DNA from: Azolla caroliniana
Lineage: Eukaryota > Plantae > Polypodiophyta
Assembly (NCBI GenBank): GCA_043228905.1
Contig: JBHGNT010000002.1
Location: 27,590,001 to 27,654,000 of the forward strand
Reading direction: 5' to 3'
Length of the DNA: 64,000 bases
The position numbers and the translations under genes are program-made. The notes beneath the pieces are model-generated. The model ran no database searches. It was not told the origin of the DNA and worked only from the letters and a program-made list of their open reading frames with translations. Positions 33,435 through 46,129 of the stretch are shown here, in pieces. How positions within the stretch are numbered: the stretch's first letter is position 1; every line of letters starts with the position of its first letter.

Positions 33435-36400
33435 ATGGAAGGCGGCGGCAGCGGGCAGCCGGGGATGATGTGCTGAATGCGCAGAATTACGCCGACTGGA
33501 AGATCAAGATGGAGGATCTTCTGATTGTTCGGGACCTGTACGAACCGATTGACAGGTTGGAAATACCGAAGGGGGTACTTGAGTCGGAATGGAAACTCCT
33601 GAACCGGAAAGCCGTAGCGACGATCCGACAATATGTCGATGTAAGCGTCCTACAACATGTGGCGAACGACACCAACGCATATGAGATGTGGAAGAAGCTG
33701 TCGGGCCTCTACGAGAGGAAGAATGCGTTGAACCGGACCTCCCTGATGAGGAAGATAGTGAACCTCAAGTACCGGGACGGCGAGAGTATGGTTGAACATG
33801 TAAGCACGTTCATGGGATTCGTGAACCAGCTTGCGGCGATTAAGTTCCCGTTGGAGGATGCAATGCAAGCCATCATCCTGATGTGTACATTGCCGGAAAG
33901 CTGGGAGAACTTGGTGGTGACTCTCAGCACCTCCTGCACAGAGGATAACCTATCCTTGCAAACGGTAAAGACAAGTATTTTGAACGAAGAAGCGCGTCGG
34001 AGAGATAAAGAACCGGCCTCCGACCCGAAGGCGCTGCTTACCGAATCGGATCGGGGAAGACAATGGAACCGGAGTCCGCAAAGACGGGAGAAGTCGGGGA
34101 CCCGGTCGCAGTCAAGAGGAAGGCCCACATGCTTCCACTGTGGGAAGCCGGGGCACTTCCGAAAGAATTGTCGGCATTACCGAAAAGACAACGGAGCCGA
34201 CGACACCGATTCGAAGAAGTCACCGGAGAGAAACGGTGCATACCGGGGAGCCACGGACCGGAGAGGTTCGGATCGGCGAGGGCAGGACCGGAAAGGAACA
34301 ACGGCACTCGCGGCAAGTGAGGAAGAAATCATGCTCATCACAGAAGAAGGTGAACTAAACATTGCCGGCGATGAGACGACCTGGGTGGTCGATTCCGGAG
34401 CATCGTTCCACCTGACCCCGGAGAGAAGATATTTCTCATCCTACACAGCCGGTGAGCATGGCTGTGTTCGGATGGGAAATGAAGGTACGTGCCGGATAGC
34501 CGGCATAGGCGACGTGTGGTTGACAACCCCGACCGGATGCAAAATGCTGCTGAAGGATGTCCGACACGTTCCGGAGGTTCGATTGAACCTGATTTCGGCC
34601 GGGAGGCTAGACGATGAAGGCTACACAGGTAGCATCCGGAACGGCGTAATGAAGTTCAGCAAGGGGAGCCTGATAGTGGCTCGGGCCCGGAAAGACAACA
34701 CACTGTACCTGATGAATGCTCGGTTATGTCCGGAAGAGCTGAATGTGGCAGCCGACACTGCCGGTGAGCTGTGGCACAAAAGACTGTGCCACATGAGTGA
34801 GAAGGGGATGAAGAGGCTTGCAGAAGACAACCTTATTCCAGTGAAGCATGTGCACCTGGAGAAGTGCACCGATTGCCTGGCCGGTAAGCAGAACCGAACC
34901 TCCTTCCACTCAAGGCCACCGACGAGACGTAGCGCACCATTGGAGTTGGTGCACACCGATGTGTGTCAGGTAGAAACGAAGTCACATGGCGGAGCCCAGT
35001 ACTTCGTAACTTTCATAGATGATCATAGCCGAAGACTGTGGACGGCACCGATGAAGACAAAGGACCAAGTGTTGTCCGTCTTCAAAGAACTCCACGTGAG
35101 AGTGGAAAGAGAATCCGGCAAGAAGCTGAAAGCGATACGAGCGGATAACGGAGGGGAATACCGGGGGCAGTTCCAGGAGTACTGTCGCTCGAAGGGAATC
35201 CGACTCGAGTTTACTGTGCCGAAGACGCCGGAACTGAACGGGCTGGCCGAGAGGATGAACCGGACCATAATGGAGAGGGTCCGGAGTATGCTAGCGCATG
35301 CGAAATTACCCAAGGGATTTTGGGCTGAGGCAATGTCGACGGCGACATATGTGATAAACAGATCACCCTCAGTACCTTTGGACGGAGACACGCCGCAGAG
35401 AGTGTGGGCCGGTAGGGAAGTATCCTACCGGCATCTGAAGGTGTTCGGGTGTCTCGCATACGTGCATGTGGCAAAGGACCGGAGAGGAAAGCTAGATCCA
35501 AAGACTCGGCCATGCATATTCCTCGGTTACGGCGACGACGAGTTCGGCTACCGAGTATGGGACCCGGTTGACAAGAAGATATTCCGGAGTCGTGATATCA
35601 TCTTCATGGAGAACAAGACACTCACCGACTGGGAGTCGGAGAAGAAGATGAAGAGCTCCAAGTCAACCGGTGAGGATCAACTTTATGAGGAGCAGTCCCG
35701 ACCGGCAAGGGACCGGCTAGCACTCGAGGATCCGGCCGAAGACGGTGAAGAAACAGAACCGGATGAAGAAGATGAAAATGATACCGGAACCGGCCCCGAT
35801 CCCGAAATGGATTCGGATGAAGAAGAAGAATCGGAAGAACCGGTTACCGAAGCTCCCGAACGGAGATATCCTCTAAGAGAGAGGAGGGCCCCCCGGAGAT
35901 TTCCGGATCCAGAGCACGTGCTGCTAACCGACGAGGGGGAGCCGGAGAGCTTTGAAGAAGCAAAGCACGACACCCAGAGCCGCAGGTGGTTGAGTGCCAT
36001 GCAGGACGAGATGGATTCCCTGCATGAGAACCACACATATGAACTAGTGGAGTTGCCGAAAGGAAAGCGGGCACTTCGAAACAAGTGGGTGTTCAAGCTG
36101 AAACCGGGAGATGCCGGAAACCCCCCGAGATACAAAGCCAGGATCGTGGTGAAGGGGTTTCAGCAGAAGAAGGGCGTCGACTTCGACGAGATATTTGCCC
36201 CGGTAGTGAAGATGACCTCCATCCGGACGGTGCTGAGCATAGCGGCAAGCATGGACCTCGAGGTAGAACAGATGGACGTGAAGACGGCATTCCTTCACGG
36301 TGACCTCGATGAAGAGATCTACATGCAGCAACCGGAAGGATTCGAGAAGAAAGGGAAGGAGCACCTGGTATGCCGGTTGAAGAAGAGCCTTTACGGACTG

Positions 36401-37510
36401 AAGCAGGCTCCCCGGCAATGGTACCGGAAATTCGACTCCTTCATGACCGACGAAGGGTACCTCAAAACGCAGTCCGACCACTGCGTGTTTGTGAAGAAGT
36501 TCGAAGGAGGAGACTTCCTAATACTCCTCCTGTACGTGGACGACATGTTGATCGTCGGACGGGACCAGGTCAAGATACGGATGCTGAAGAAGGCTCTTCA
36601 CCGAACCTTCTCAATGAAGGACTTGGGTCCGGCGAGGCAAATACTAGGGATGCATATCATCCGGGACCGGAAGAAGAAGCAGTTGTGGCTGTCACAGGAG
36701 AAGTACGTGACGAAGGTGCTTCACCGGTTCAACATGTCGGAAGCAAGACCGGTCGGATCGACCCTCCCGGCAAACTGCAAGCTGTCCAACAAGCAAAGTC
36801 CCAAGACAAAGGCTGAAAAGGAGGATATGATGAAAGTGCCATATGCCTCAGCCATCGGGAGCTTGATGTACGCCATGGTGTGTACGAGACCGGACATCGG
36901 ATATGCAGTCGGAGTGGTGAGCCGGTACATGAGCAATCCCGGCAAAGAGCATTGGAACGCGGCCAAGTGGATACTCCGATACCTGAAGGGCACAGCAAAC
37001 GTGTGCCTCCGATTCGGCTCCGGTAAGCCCGAACTCGACGGCTTCACTGATTCGGATATGTCGGCTGATGCAGATACCAGCCGGTCCACATCAGGGTATG
37101 TGATGACGTATGCAGGGGGAGCAGTTTCGTGGCAGTCGAGGCTGCAGAAGACGGTTGCGTTGTCAACCACGGAGGCGGAGTACATGGCAGCTGTTGAAGC
37201 CGGCAAGGAAATAATATGGATGAAGGACTTCATTAGAGAGCTCGGTATCCGGCAGGAGGAGTACCGACTCTACTGCGACAGTCAGAGTGCAATCCACCTT
37301 GCGAAGAACGCGGCCTATCACTCCCGGACGAAGCACATCCAGCGAAGATATCACTGGATCCGGGAAAGGATAGAAGACAAGGAGTTCGTGCTGACGAAGG
37401 TCCACACGGACGAGAACGGGTCGGATATGCTGACCAAGGTGCTCACACCCGACAAGCTGGAAGCATGCCGGAAGAGGATCGGATTGGAGAGACATCCCAT
37501 GCCGAAGTGA
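33435..37510 (+). CDS. Copia gag-PR-IN-RT-RH polyprotein (ATG 33435 out of frame by 1 nt; first in-frame ATG 33509)
   Basis: CCHC CFHCGKPGHFRKNC, WVVDSGAS, LWHKRLCH, DNGGEY, LLYVDD, ALSTTEAEY. There are no internal stops over about 1340 codons. Confidence 0.93.
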
Positions 37511-38214
37511 AGGGGGAGTTTGTTGGGATTATGGTCCCTTCGGATGGGATGGTCGGATATCGGAGATGAATGCCGACAAGCCCGGTTTCGGTTTCGGAAC
37601 CGGATGATGAAGACCCCGACTTCGGAGTCGGATGACGAATGTACCCGAAGAAGAGATCCGGATGCAGGGACATATCCGTGAATATGTCTGCTAAGGGCCC
37701 CTGAGGCTATAGTTGTAAATAGCCCCAAAGTCATATATGTATAAATATGACTTAGGGCAAATAGTTTTGGAGTTGCTGATCATTTTTCTGTTTTTCCACT
37801 TTAGAGGAGTGAAGAGAGAAAGCAGCCGTGAGAGAGGGAGAGAGAGAGATAGAGCGCGAGAGAGGAAGAGGTAGACGCCTCTGTGTATTTCCGCCGCCTG
37901 TGGCGAGGACAGCGAGCTCAAGGTCGTCGCCTTGCAGCTCGCCATTGTATACTTCTCTGTATAGTGTTGATTTGGAGTCTCGTACTCCCGTGGTTTTTCC
38001 CATCTAGGGTTTTCCACGTTAATCCCTGTGTTCGCGTTGTGTTTCTCTCTGTGGTTCCTATTTTCTGCTGCATTGATTCGCGATTACTCGGTTGTGGCCG
38101 AGTGGTGAAGGTTAATCGAAGTGTCGATTACCAACACAAGATGATGCAATACCTCGTCGGCCAAGGGTATTGGAACTACATCAACGACACTCAAGAAAAT
38201 CGACCCGACTCAAT

Positions 38215-38676
38215 GAACCTCTCATCGGATGGAAGGGACATATGTGTAAATATGTTCCAGAGAGCCCATTGGGGCTATATTTGTAAATAGCTCGAAAGTC
38301 ATATTGGTATAAATATGACCTAGGGCAAACTTAATTATGATGATAGAGTTATTGGTGTAACTTCTGTACAGTGCGTAAGAGAGAGAGAGAGCGATATATA
38401 GAGATTGTGTCTCTGTTGTAACCGCCGCTAGGCGAAGATTGTGAGCAAGAGGTCGTTGCCTCTGTGCTCCCTATTGTATTCTTCTTACAGAGTGATAGTT
38501 TGGAGTCTGTGGACTCCCGTGGTTTTTCCCTCTCAGGGTTTTCCACGTTAATATCCTGTGTATTCTCTTTCTGTTTTGTGTACTTACCTCCATTCCCATT
38601 TCGTCCGTGTTTTGATTGTCATCAAGTGATCTACGCTTCGGTTGTGGCCGGAGATTAATCCGCATATTACACGTCA
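38215..38676 (+). mobile_element. 5'-truncated Copia-type LTR
   Basis: Inverted homologue of 38901-39360. It ends in ACGTCA and carries TATAAATA and the cccgtggttttt..gggttttccacg motif. Confidence 0.85.
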
Positions 38677-38900
38677 TTTGAGGAACATCTTTCTCACTTA
38701 TAAGAATTTGATGGTAGCCTATACGAAGATCAAGTTTCGTAAAATATCAATTAGATTGTCAGGTTGGGGTAATGGATATGAATTCTTGATCGTCACTTTA
38801 TTCAAGCGTCTCTAATTGATACACATATGCCATGTGCCCTCTTTCTTTTTTACCAAGAGAACAGGTGCACCCCATGGGGATTTACTATAACATATATAAC

Positions 38901-39461
38901 TGACGTGCAATATGCGGATTACTGAGGCCACAACCAAAGCGTAGATCACTTGGTGACAATCAAAACACGGACGAAATGGGAATGGAGGTAAGTACACAAA
39001 ACAGAAAGAGAATACATAAGATATTAACGTGGAAAACCTTGAGAGGGAAAAACCACGGGAGTCCACAAACTCAAAACTATCACTCTGTAAGAAGAATAGA
39101 ATAGGGAGCATAGAGGCAACGACCTCTTGCCCACAATCTTCGTCTAGCGGCGGTTACAACAGAGACACAATCTCTGTATATCGCTCTCTCTCTCTCTTAC
39201 GCACTGTACAGAAGTTACACCAATAACTCTATCATCATAATTAAGTTTGCCCTAGGTCATATTTATACTAATATGACTTTCGGGCTATTTACAAATATAG
39301 CCCCAATGGGCTCTCTGGAACATATTTACACATATGTCCCTTCCATCCGATGAGAGGTTCTCACCGGGTCTTCCTTGCCGGGTACTCCACATCCGGTTCT
39401 CACCGGGTCTTCCAGATTCGGTTCTTCTAACTTCCCATCTGGAGGGACCTGTTTCCTAACA
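38901..39461 (-). mobile_element. Copia solo LTR with TSD ATAAC
   Basis: TG..CA, with ataac at 38896-38900 and 39462-39466. It is inserted in a decayed gypsy RT. Confidence 0.9.
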
Positions 39462-40506
39462 ATAACCTATTCGTAAATAGTTCTTGAGTTACTTAGATAC
39501 CTCATCCTCTTCGGATCGACTTAAGTGATACGGAGGTATACTTATTGGTGCAACACTAGGTACAATATCTATACGATGGTCTATATTACGTTTAGGAGAG
39601 GTAACCCATGTGGTAGTTCACTTGGAAAAACACCACGAAAATCATTTAAGATTGCATCGAGTTGTTGTTCAAAATATTATAAATGACCCGAGACACTATT
39701 GATATTATAAACGTGAATGTTTGGATCAAGTACACAATAAAATTACGACGAAGAAGACAACTTCGATATTGATGGAGGGCAAACAATCGAAAGAGATTGT
39801 TTTCTTTACACATTGAATGAAATGAGTACAATCGTTCAGTACAAAGGTAATGGAATGGTGAACCCAATCAATAGATAAAGATGAGTTTTTATTATAAAAC
39901 CAGGGATAACCCATTATTACATCAGTGGTACAAAGACTCATTACATGGAAGTTTATTTCCTCTATATAAGTATCAATAGAAATTCCTAATGAATGAATTG
40001 CCCCAATAATGTATTGTACTCTTCCATTAGCCAAGTGCATCTTATAGGTGTGATCACTTACGGTGGGTTGGATTCCCCATATTTGAACCAAACGATCATT
40101 CACAAAGTTGTGTGAGCTTCCCGAATCAAATAAAAATTGTATGAGAGATCCATTGATATACCCGTTTGCACGTAGTAAATCATTGGATCCCAATACATAG
40201 TGAGGGATATAACATTTACAATTACTTAAAATGTGTATAGACCTCAAGGACATTAGAAATCTGACCTTTATGGTCTGCAACTTCAATTTTGTTGTCGTGC
40301 TCTTTTCGTTGGAGCTTCCGACATTGTTCTTTTGTATAACAACCTTCTTTTTGTAGAACACGTTGTCGCGATGTTACGCGCGTGCATATAGAAGGGGCGG
40401 GACCACAGGGGTCTTGGACTAGGGAGTGACAGAGCGTAGGAAGCCGACTTCTCCTCGGTCCCAGCTGCATTGGTGGTGGCGTGAACCGGAGCGATTCCGG
40501 ACACGT

Positions 40507-42040
40507 TGTCGCGTTATTACGCGCGTGCGTGTAGAAGGGCGGGACCACGGGGGTCTTGGACTAGGGAGTATTGGAGCGTAGGAAGTCAGGCTTCACCGTT
40601 CCCAGGGCATCTCAGAAGCACACCGGAAGCAACCGAGGAGAGAGAGAGAGAGAGCGCTTAACACCGACTCACACACACACACACATGCTGACCCGCCTCG
40701 TGCCCTCATGTACAGGAAACGCTGTCGTGCCTTTTGGCTCCGGATCGTTGCGTGAGTCGGGTGGGAACCGCCGGGGTTTTGGACTAGGAGAAAGAAGAAT
40801 ATGAGATGAGGCTAGTAATGAATAGATTATTAGAAAGAGAGATAGAAATTTCGTGAATCCCACGAGTGTATTGTATTCGATTAATCAATATTTAGATAAG
40901 AATATGTATTTAGATTGAAAGAAAGATATAAGAAACTTGTGAATCCCACAAGTATAGATTATATTATTTTCGTGAATCCCACGATTATATTAATCGGTTG
41001 GTGTTTTCGGAAATATATCCAATTTCCAAATATTTCACACACCTATTACATTGTGCTCCCCATCCTTATGTAGTGATGGGAGAGACTAAGCATAGCTACA
41101 TGCTTTTTTTTTCATATGTTCATGCACACTAAATGTGCATGTGATGCTTTTCTAATCCTTGCTTTTATTTGCTAAATATAGTGCTCATGCACGCTAGATG
41201 TGCATGAGTCACTTTTTAGTCGCTTGCGTTTTTCTATAAAATATTCACGCACTCTAAAAATACATGATTTACCTTTTAATAAAGGTAGGTGCAAATAAAG
41301 GACTTATAGTTATTAAATCTATTTGTAGAACACTAAAGATAAGGTAGCATAATGGTAAAGTTGAAGTTTGGCTACGTGGAGGTACAGGGTTCGAATCCTG
41401 CCCTATGCACGTGATAAATATCTTGATATATTATTTTATTTATTTATATGTAATTAAATCGGTTATATTATTTTTACTTTTTCACGTAGTGTACGAAATA
41501 CACTACGACAACGCAGGGAAGGGGAAACACCCGACACGAACATAGACGCGAATATACACAGACAGACGCAAATATATATATATGTATAGACAAAAGAATA
41601 CATTCCCGGCTTCGAGCCGGACTGAGGTAGGTTACATTAGTCATCTGCTGCCAAGCCGCCGTCGGGGAGCTCTAAGCTCGTCGCGCCAAGCGGGGTCTTG
41701 CACAGGAGGCCGAACCAAAGCCAACCCTAAGCGAAACACGAAGAAGGAGAAGGAGAAGAACCTCACTCTAAACCTAACGGTATACCCTCTATTGCAAAAT
41801 GGGCAACCCCTCCACAAAGGGCGTTCCCTTCCTTTTATAGAACAAGGAGAGGGATGCGTTACAATGTGGGACAAATCCCGACTTTCATGCGATCGTCTGT
41901 CCCGACTTGACTACTCTTTGGCGCCATAAAGGCGCCCTCGATATACACACTAAATGTACATGGGTGCGTACACACGTTGCACCCCGCTGATGTAGCCAAT
42001 GTTTCCCGGTTTTCGCCTCTGGCCGAAATTCTTCACGACA
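40507..42040 (-). mobile_element. Solo LTR B nested in A, TSD ACGT
   Basis: Same family as A. acgt at 40503-06 and 42041-44. Confidence 0.88.
40723..41510 (-). mobile_element. Solo LTR C nested in B, TSD ACGC, AT-rich, contains a tRNA-like box pair
   Basis: tgtcgtg..tacgaca, with acgc at 40719-22 and 41511-14. Removing it restores B colinear with A. Confidence 0.85.
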
Positions 42041-43187
42041 ACGTACCGGTGGCTACCAAACGCGAGAGAGGAAGAGAGGGAGAGAACACGCGCGCAACAC
42101 CGACACAACGCACAACTCTTATGTACAGGAAACACAGGGAAGGGAAAGCACCCGACACCGACAGAGACACGAATATGCACAGACAGACGCAAATGTATAT
42201 ATTACAAGGGGAAGAATACATCCCCGACTTCGAGCCAGGCCATGGTAGGTTATAGCAGCCGTTTGCTGCCAAGCCGTCGATCGGGGAGTTCACGGGCTTG
42301 TCGCGCCGAGCGGGGTCTTGCATATGAGGCCGGGTAGAAGTAAACCTACAGCAGGGAGAGATACCACCCCGGTCGCGAGCCGGGTACGCTCAGAAGAAGA
42401 GGAGTTAACCTAACAGCTTTCTCGCCATAGCTGTCGCCCGAGTACTCGTGAAGGAGAAGAAGAAGAAGAAAGAAAGAAAAGGAAGAAACTAACCCTAACT
42501 ACTGGTATACCCTCTAACACAAAAATGGGCAACCCCTTCACAAGAGGCGCTCCCTTCCCTTTATAGAACAAGGAGGGAGATGTGTTACAATGTGGGATAA
42601 ATCCCGACTTTCATGGGATTCTTTGTCCCGACTTGTCTACTCTTCGGCGCCATAAAGGCGCCCTCGTTATTCACACTAAATGTACAAGGGTGATTGCACA
42701 TGCTACACCCCGTCGATGTAGCCAATATTTCCCGGTTTCCGCCTCTGGCCGAAATTCTTCACGACAACGCAAAAAGGATTTTGTCGGTTACAATCGTGAT
42801 CCATGAATTCGTTGGGTGTCTTGCGTTTCCCAGCGAATTGTGATTACTTAGTTCCGGGCGCTTCGGGTTTTTAGGGTCCTTCTTCGAAGTGTGTTGATAA
42901 CGAAGAACAATTTCAACGGCCTCTTCAAAGGATTTTGGATCCTTATCGTGCACTATCCAGTGATAGTCCAAATTGGGGATGTCATTGATAAAACAAGCTA
43001 TTAACCAATTGTCCCCTTCTAGACCCAATTAGCATGGTAAACATAGTCTTCTAGCAAGGAAAATTTCTAGCTAGAGAGTTTCATTAAAGCTTGTGATGCC
43101 TTGGTTCGAGATGGAGGTTGTCGAAATTGACCCTTAAAAATTGTGACAAAGTCTGTCTAGGTATCGGGCAATTTCCCCGTAGTACGT

Positions 43188-43834
43188 TGTCGCGAAGAAA
43201 ACCGTCCACAAGTGGAATCGGTGCACCGGAGCGTAGGAACCGACTCTTCATGCACGTATGCCTTATGTTGTACATAAGAGAGAATTAGGTACATAGAAGA
43301 TCCTAGGTAGGTAGATTCGGTAGGAAGGGAGTTAATGGGAAACGGCTCCTTTCTTGCCTATAAAAGGGGGGAGACGAGGAGGAGGAACGGATCGCGGATA
43401 GAGAGGATGAAGTGCTGTCGGGTTGTCGGCCGAAGGCTTCTCTCTCTTCCATACTCCGTAGCTTCTTTCTGTGCAGGTTTTCGGGGAGGCTCGCGCTGCT
43501 CTGAGGATTGCCCGAGTGCTTCTGGCAGCACCTCCAACCTACCCCTTTTCTTTCTGAGCGTTTGCGAACAGGCATCGGCATCTGTTCGCCGGCCTGTTCG
43601 TTTGTAACCGACTTCGTGCTTCTTGTTGTTTGTCTCTGTTAATATATACATACATACCTTCGTGCCTCTCTGTGTTGGTTTCCCCGCTCGCATCTTCGTG
43701 TCGAAGGGCCGTGTCCCTGTGGATCTACGCTCGCACGTAGTGGGTCCGTTCCCTTCTCCTTTCTCTCTTGCTCTTCGGTACAAGACCCCCGAGGTCCCGC
43801 CTCATTCCACGCATCCGCGAGGAATACCTCCACA
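43188..43834 (+). mobile_element. Solo LTR of the tRNA-Trp gypsy lineage, TSD ACGT
   Basis: Closely similar to LTR 58351-58985. acgt at 43184-87 and 43835-38. Confidence 0.92.
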
Positions 43835-45118
43835 ACGTAGCCTACGCCACCAGGCAACGGCCTTACCCCCTAGCTCGCGACCGACATATGCAATCTTCTT
43901 ACCATTTGGGATAGAGCTCAAAATGAGACTCCCATCGGCCCAGGCACGTGTAGATTGCTTCTTTAGTTCTTTCTTTTTTTTTCTCCCGTAAATGGCTTTA
44001 CGACAAACGATGGTTCACCTTAACGCTCATCGGCTCTATTAGTATCATGTTGTATACTAATGACACGTGCCTCGAGAGCACTATGAGATTGCCGAAGTTC
44101 GGAAATCTTGTGCAAGGTATATTTAAGGAAATTTTGTATTTGTAAAAAATACGACTCAATGGGGATTGGCCCATGAGGATTTCCTTGAATTCCTTCCACT
44201 TGGGTGGATCCCATCGTGTTGTTATTATGAGCTATTGAATGATAATTTCTGGAAAAGAAATAGGATAAGGTCAGACAAATAGTCATAACATCGTGTCGTG
44301 ATGTAAACATATCATGGGCAAACATTAATCAATATCATGATCTCACGTCAATACCCCTCTAGACGTATGAAATGAGGTTCAAGATCAGGTTACTATGGTA
44401 ACACAAAGGTGTTTTAAAAACCATGGGCGGACAAATGAATGTCTTTCCCTGATCTCTATATCGATTTTTTCATGGTGGCTCCCCAAGGCTCAACCATGTA
44501 TGTTCGCATCATGAATAGTTTATACACCAAAAAATGTTAACAATAAACTATGTCTATGTGCCTAGCCATGTGGTTTCGGCTCTTTAAGTCCTATTACACA
44601 GACCCTAAAGTATGCTTAGAGCTAAAGTCTAAACATGTTACATAGTCATATGTATCAATGATGTTGTATGGTCTTGGTCATATTTGAACTCGAGACCTCG
44701 AGAACAAATATATTAAACACTTGAGCTAACCAAATGGTTTGCTCCTCTTAAATGTTTAATGTTTATGCATATGGGAGATATGCGAAGGCATTTGCCCCCT
44801 CGTTAACAAGAAAACTATTGTCATGATATAGTAAGATTCAAACCCATGACCTTGTGTTACATGGGTCGAGCCCTTACCATTAGACTATATATTGTAGCAC
44901 AAAGAATATTATTTTCATTTATTATTTCACTATAGAAAATTGATGTATATTTCCAGATTTCTCTAGAACATTCTAAAAACTTCAAGAGTACTCTTGAAAA
45001 CACTATAAAAGGAGGCACAAGGCATTATTTCGAACCAAATCAGTTCAACGCCAATCTTAGGCCTCATAGCTATTCTTGTACTTACTCTTCATATAATATA
45101 ATATATCTTTTGTTATCA

Positions 45119-45161
<43 letters not shown>

Positions 45162-46129
45162 ATCTCTCCTCTCTTTCGCTCTCTCTCTCTCGCCTTCTCT
45201 CGTGAGTTCTACACCCTTTTCTCTCTCTTAGTACTAATTCGCATCTCTTAGTACTAATTCCCTCTCTGTCTTAGTATTGTTCCTGACAGTTTGAACCGAT
45301 TTTTCCTTATCCTTTTACCCCTCCTTCCTTTCATACTAATCCTCTTATCCTCCCTAGTAAAATGGCAACTGTTAGTGCTCAGGAATACCAATCTGTTTTC
45401 TCGGCGCTTTAGTGCTTAAAAGAGAAGTTTATAGCACTAGAACAAGAAAATCATTGTCTGTTGGGGGATGTTCAACAAATAGCTTTAGAAAAACAACAAC
45501 ACGGGGAGCTAACGTTACGTGTACAACAACTTGAAGCAACTATTGTATCACTCATTGTCATTAAAAAACATGTATTTTATAGATAGAGTACGTTTTAGAA
45601 TACCCACACGTATTCTAAACGTACTCAGGCTAAAAGCATGCGAGTGGAAACACTATTATAGCTAATTAGCTACTAAAATGGCCACAACTAATTAGCTATT
45701 TTTTTAGCTAGTTTTTTGTGGGCAAATCATAAGGATGGTTTACGAAATTTTATGCTTTATTAGTTAAATACATGTCATTTAATTTATGAGAATACTCAAA
45801 TATTTGAACTTCGGTTTCTAGTGGAACTTGGGGAATAGTGCCATCATGTAAGGTTGCCTTGAAAGTCATCAAATTCCTGATAATCCTGAGTTCGAGTTCG
45901 AACTCCAAATAGATGGAGTACTCTGAGCATGAATGCAGGCGAAGCTCTTGCAACAGCACAAAAACTCTGAGATCGGCATTGCACCTTCAAAGCTACAACA
46001 CACGACCAAGTCGATCCTCGTTGAGGTATGTATCATTTACATATTTAAAAACTTTTGTTTTTCCTTTCTGATAACTGTCTGTAACTTTGGTGCCTATTCA
46101 TCTTTCCCAAAAATCGAATAGGGCGAAGT

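Larger units (their letters stand above)
25502..38136 (+). mobile_element. Young full-length Ty1/copia (Tnt1/Tork-like), TSD CAAGA
   Basis: 5' LTR 25502-25838 plus 33122-33404 (split by the gypsy) and 3' LTR 37521-38136 are nearly identical. caaga at 25497-25501 and 38137-38141. PBS tRNA-iMet at 33408-33419, PPT at 37505-37518. Confidence 0.97.
24799..38214 (+). mobile_element. Old truncated Copia (LTR 24799-25257, PBS, gag start) interrupted by a younger Copia
   Basis: PBS TGGTATCAGAGC at 25258-25269. Gag MNTQMGSSLPSEKLDRRNYSSWEYKM (25426) resumes after 38141 as MQYLVGQGYWNYIND and is cut off at about 38214. Confidence 0.85.
40364..42766 (-). mobile_element. Solo LTR A (outer), TSD ACGT/ACGC
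   Basis: tgtcgcg..cttcacgaca, with acgt at 40360-63 and acgc at 42767-70. Confidence 0.85.
38677..44300 (-). mobile_element. Decayed Ty3/gypsy gag-PR-RT(5') host element carrying five nested LTRs
   Basis: SKSPWGAPVLLVKKKEGTWHMCIN (RT start), LFDSGSSHNFV (PR), and gag-like pieces at 42770-43180 and 43840-44250. Confidence 0.7.

Noticed and set aside
26800-37500. Many 60-270 aa antisense or overlapping ORFs in the young retroelements
   Set aside because: These are expected shadows of GC-rich coding sequence. No recognisable domains and no env-like ORF were seen.
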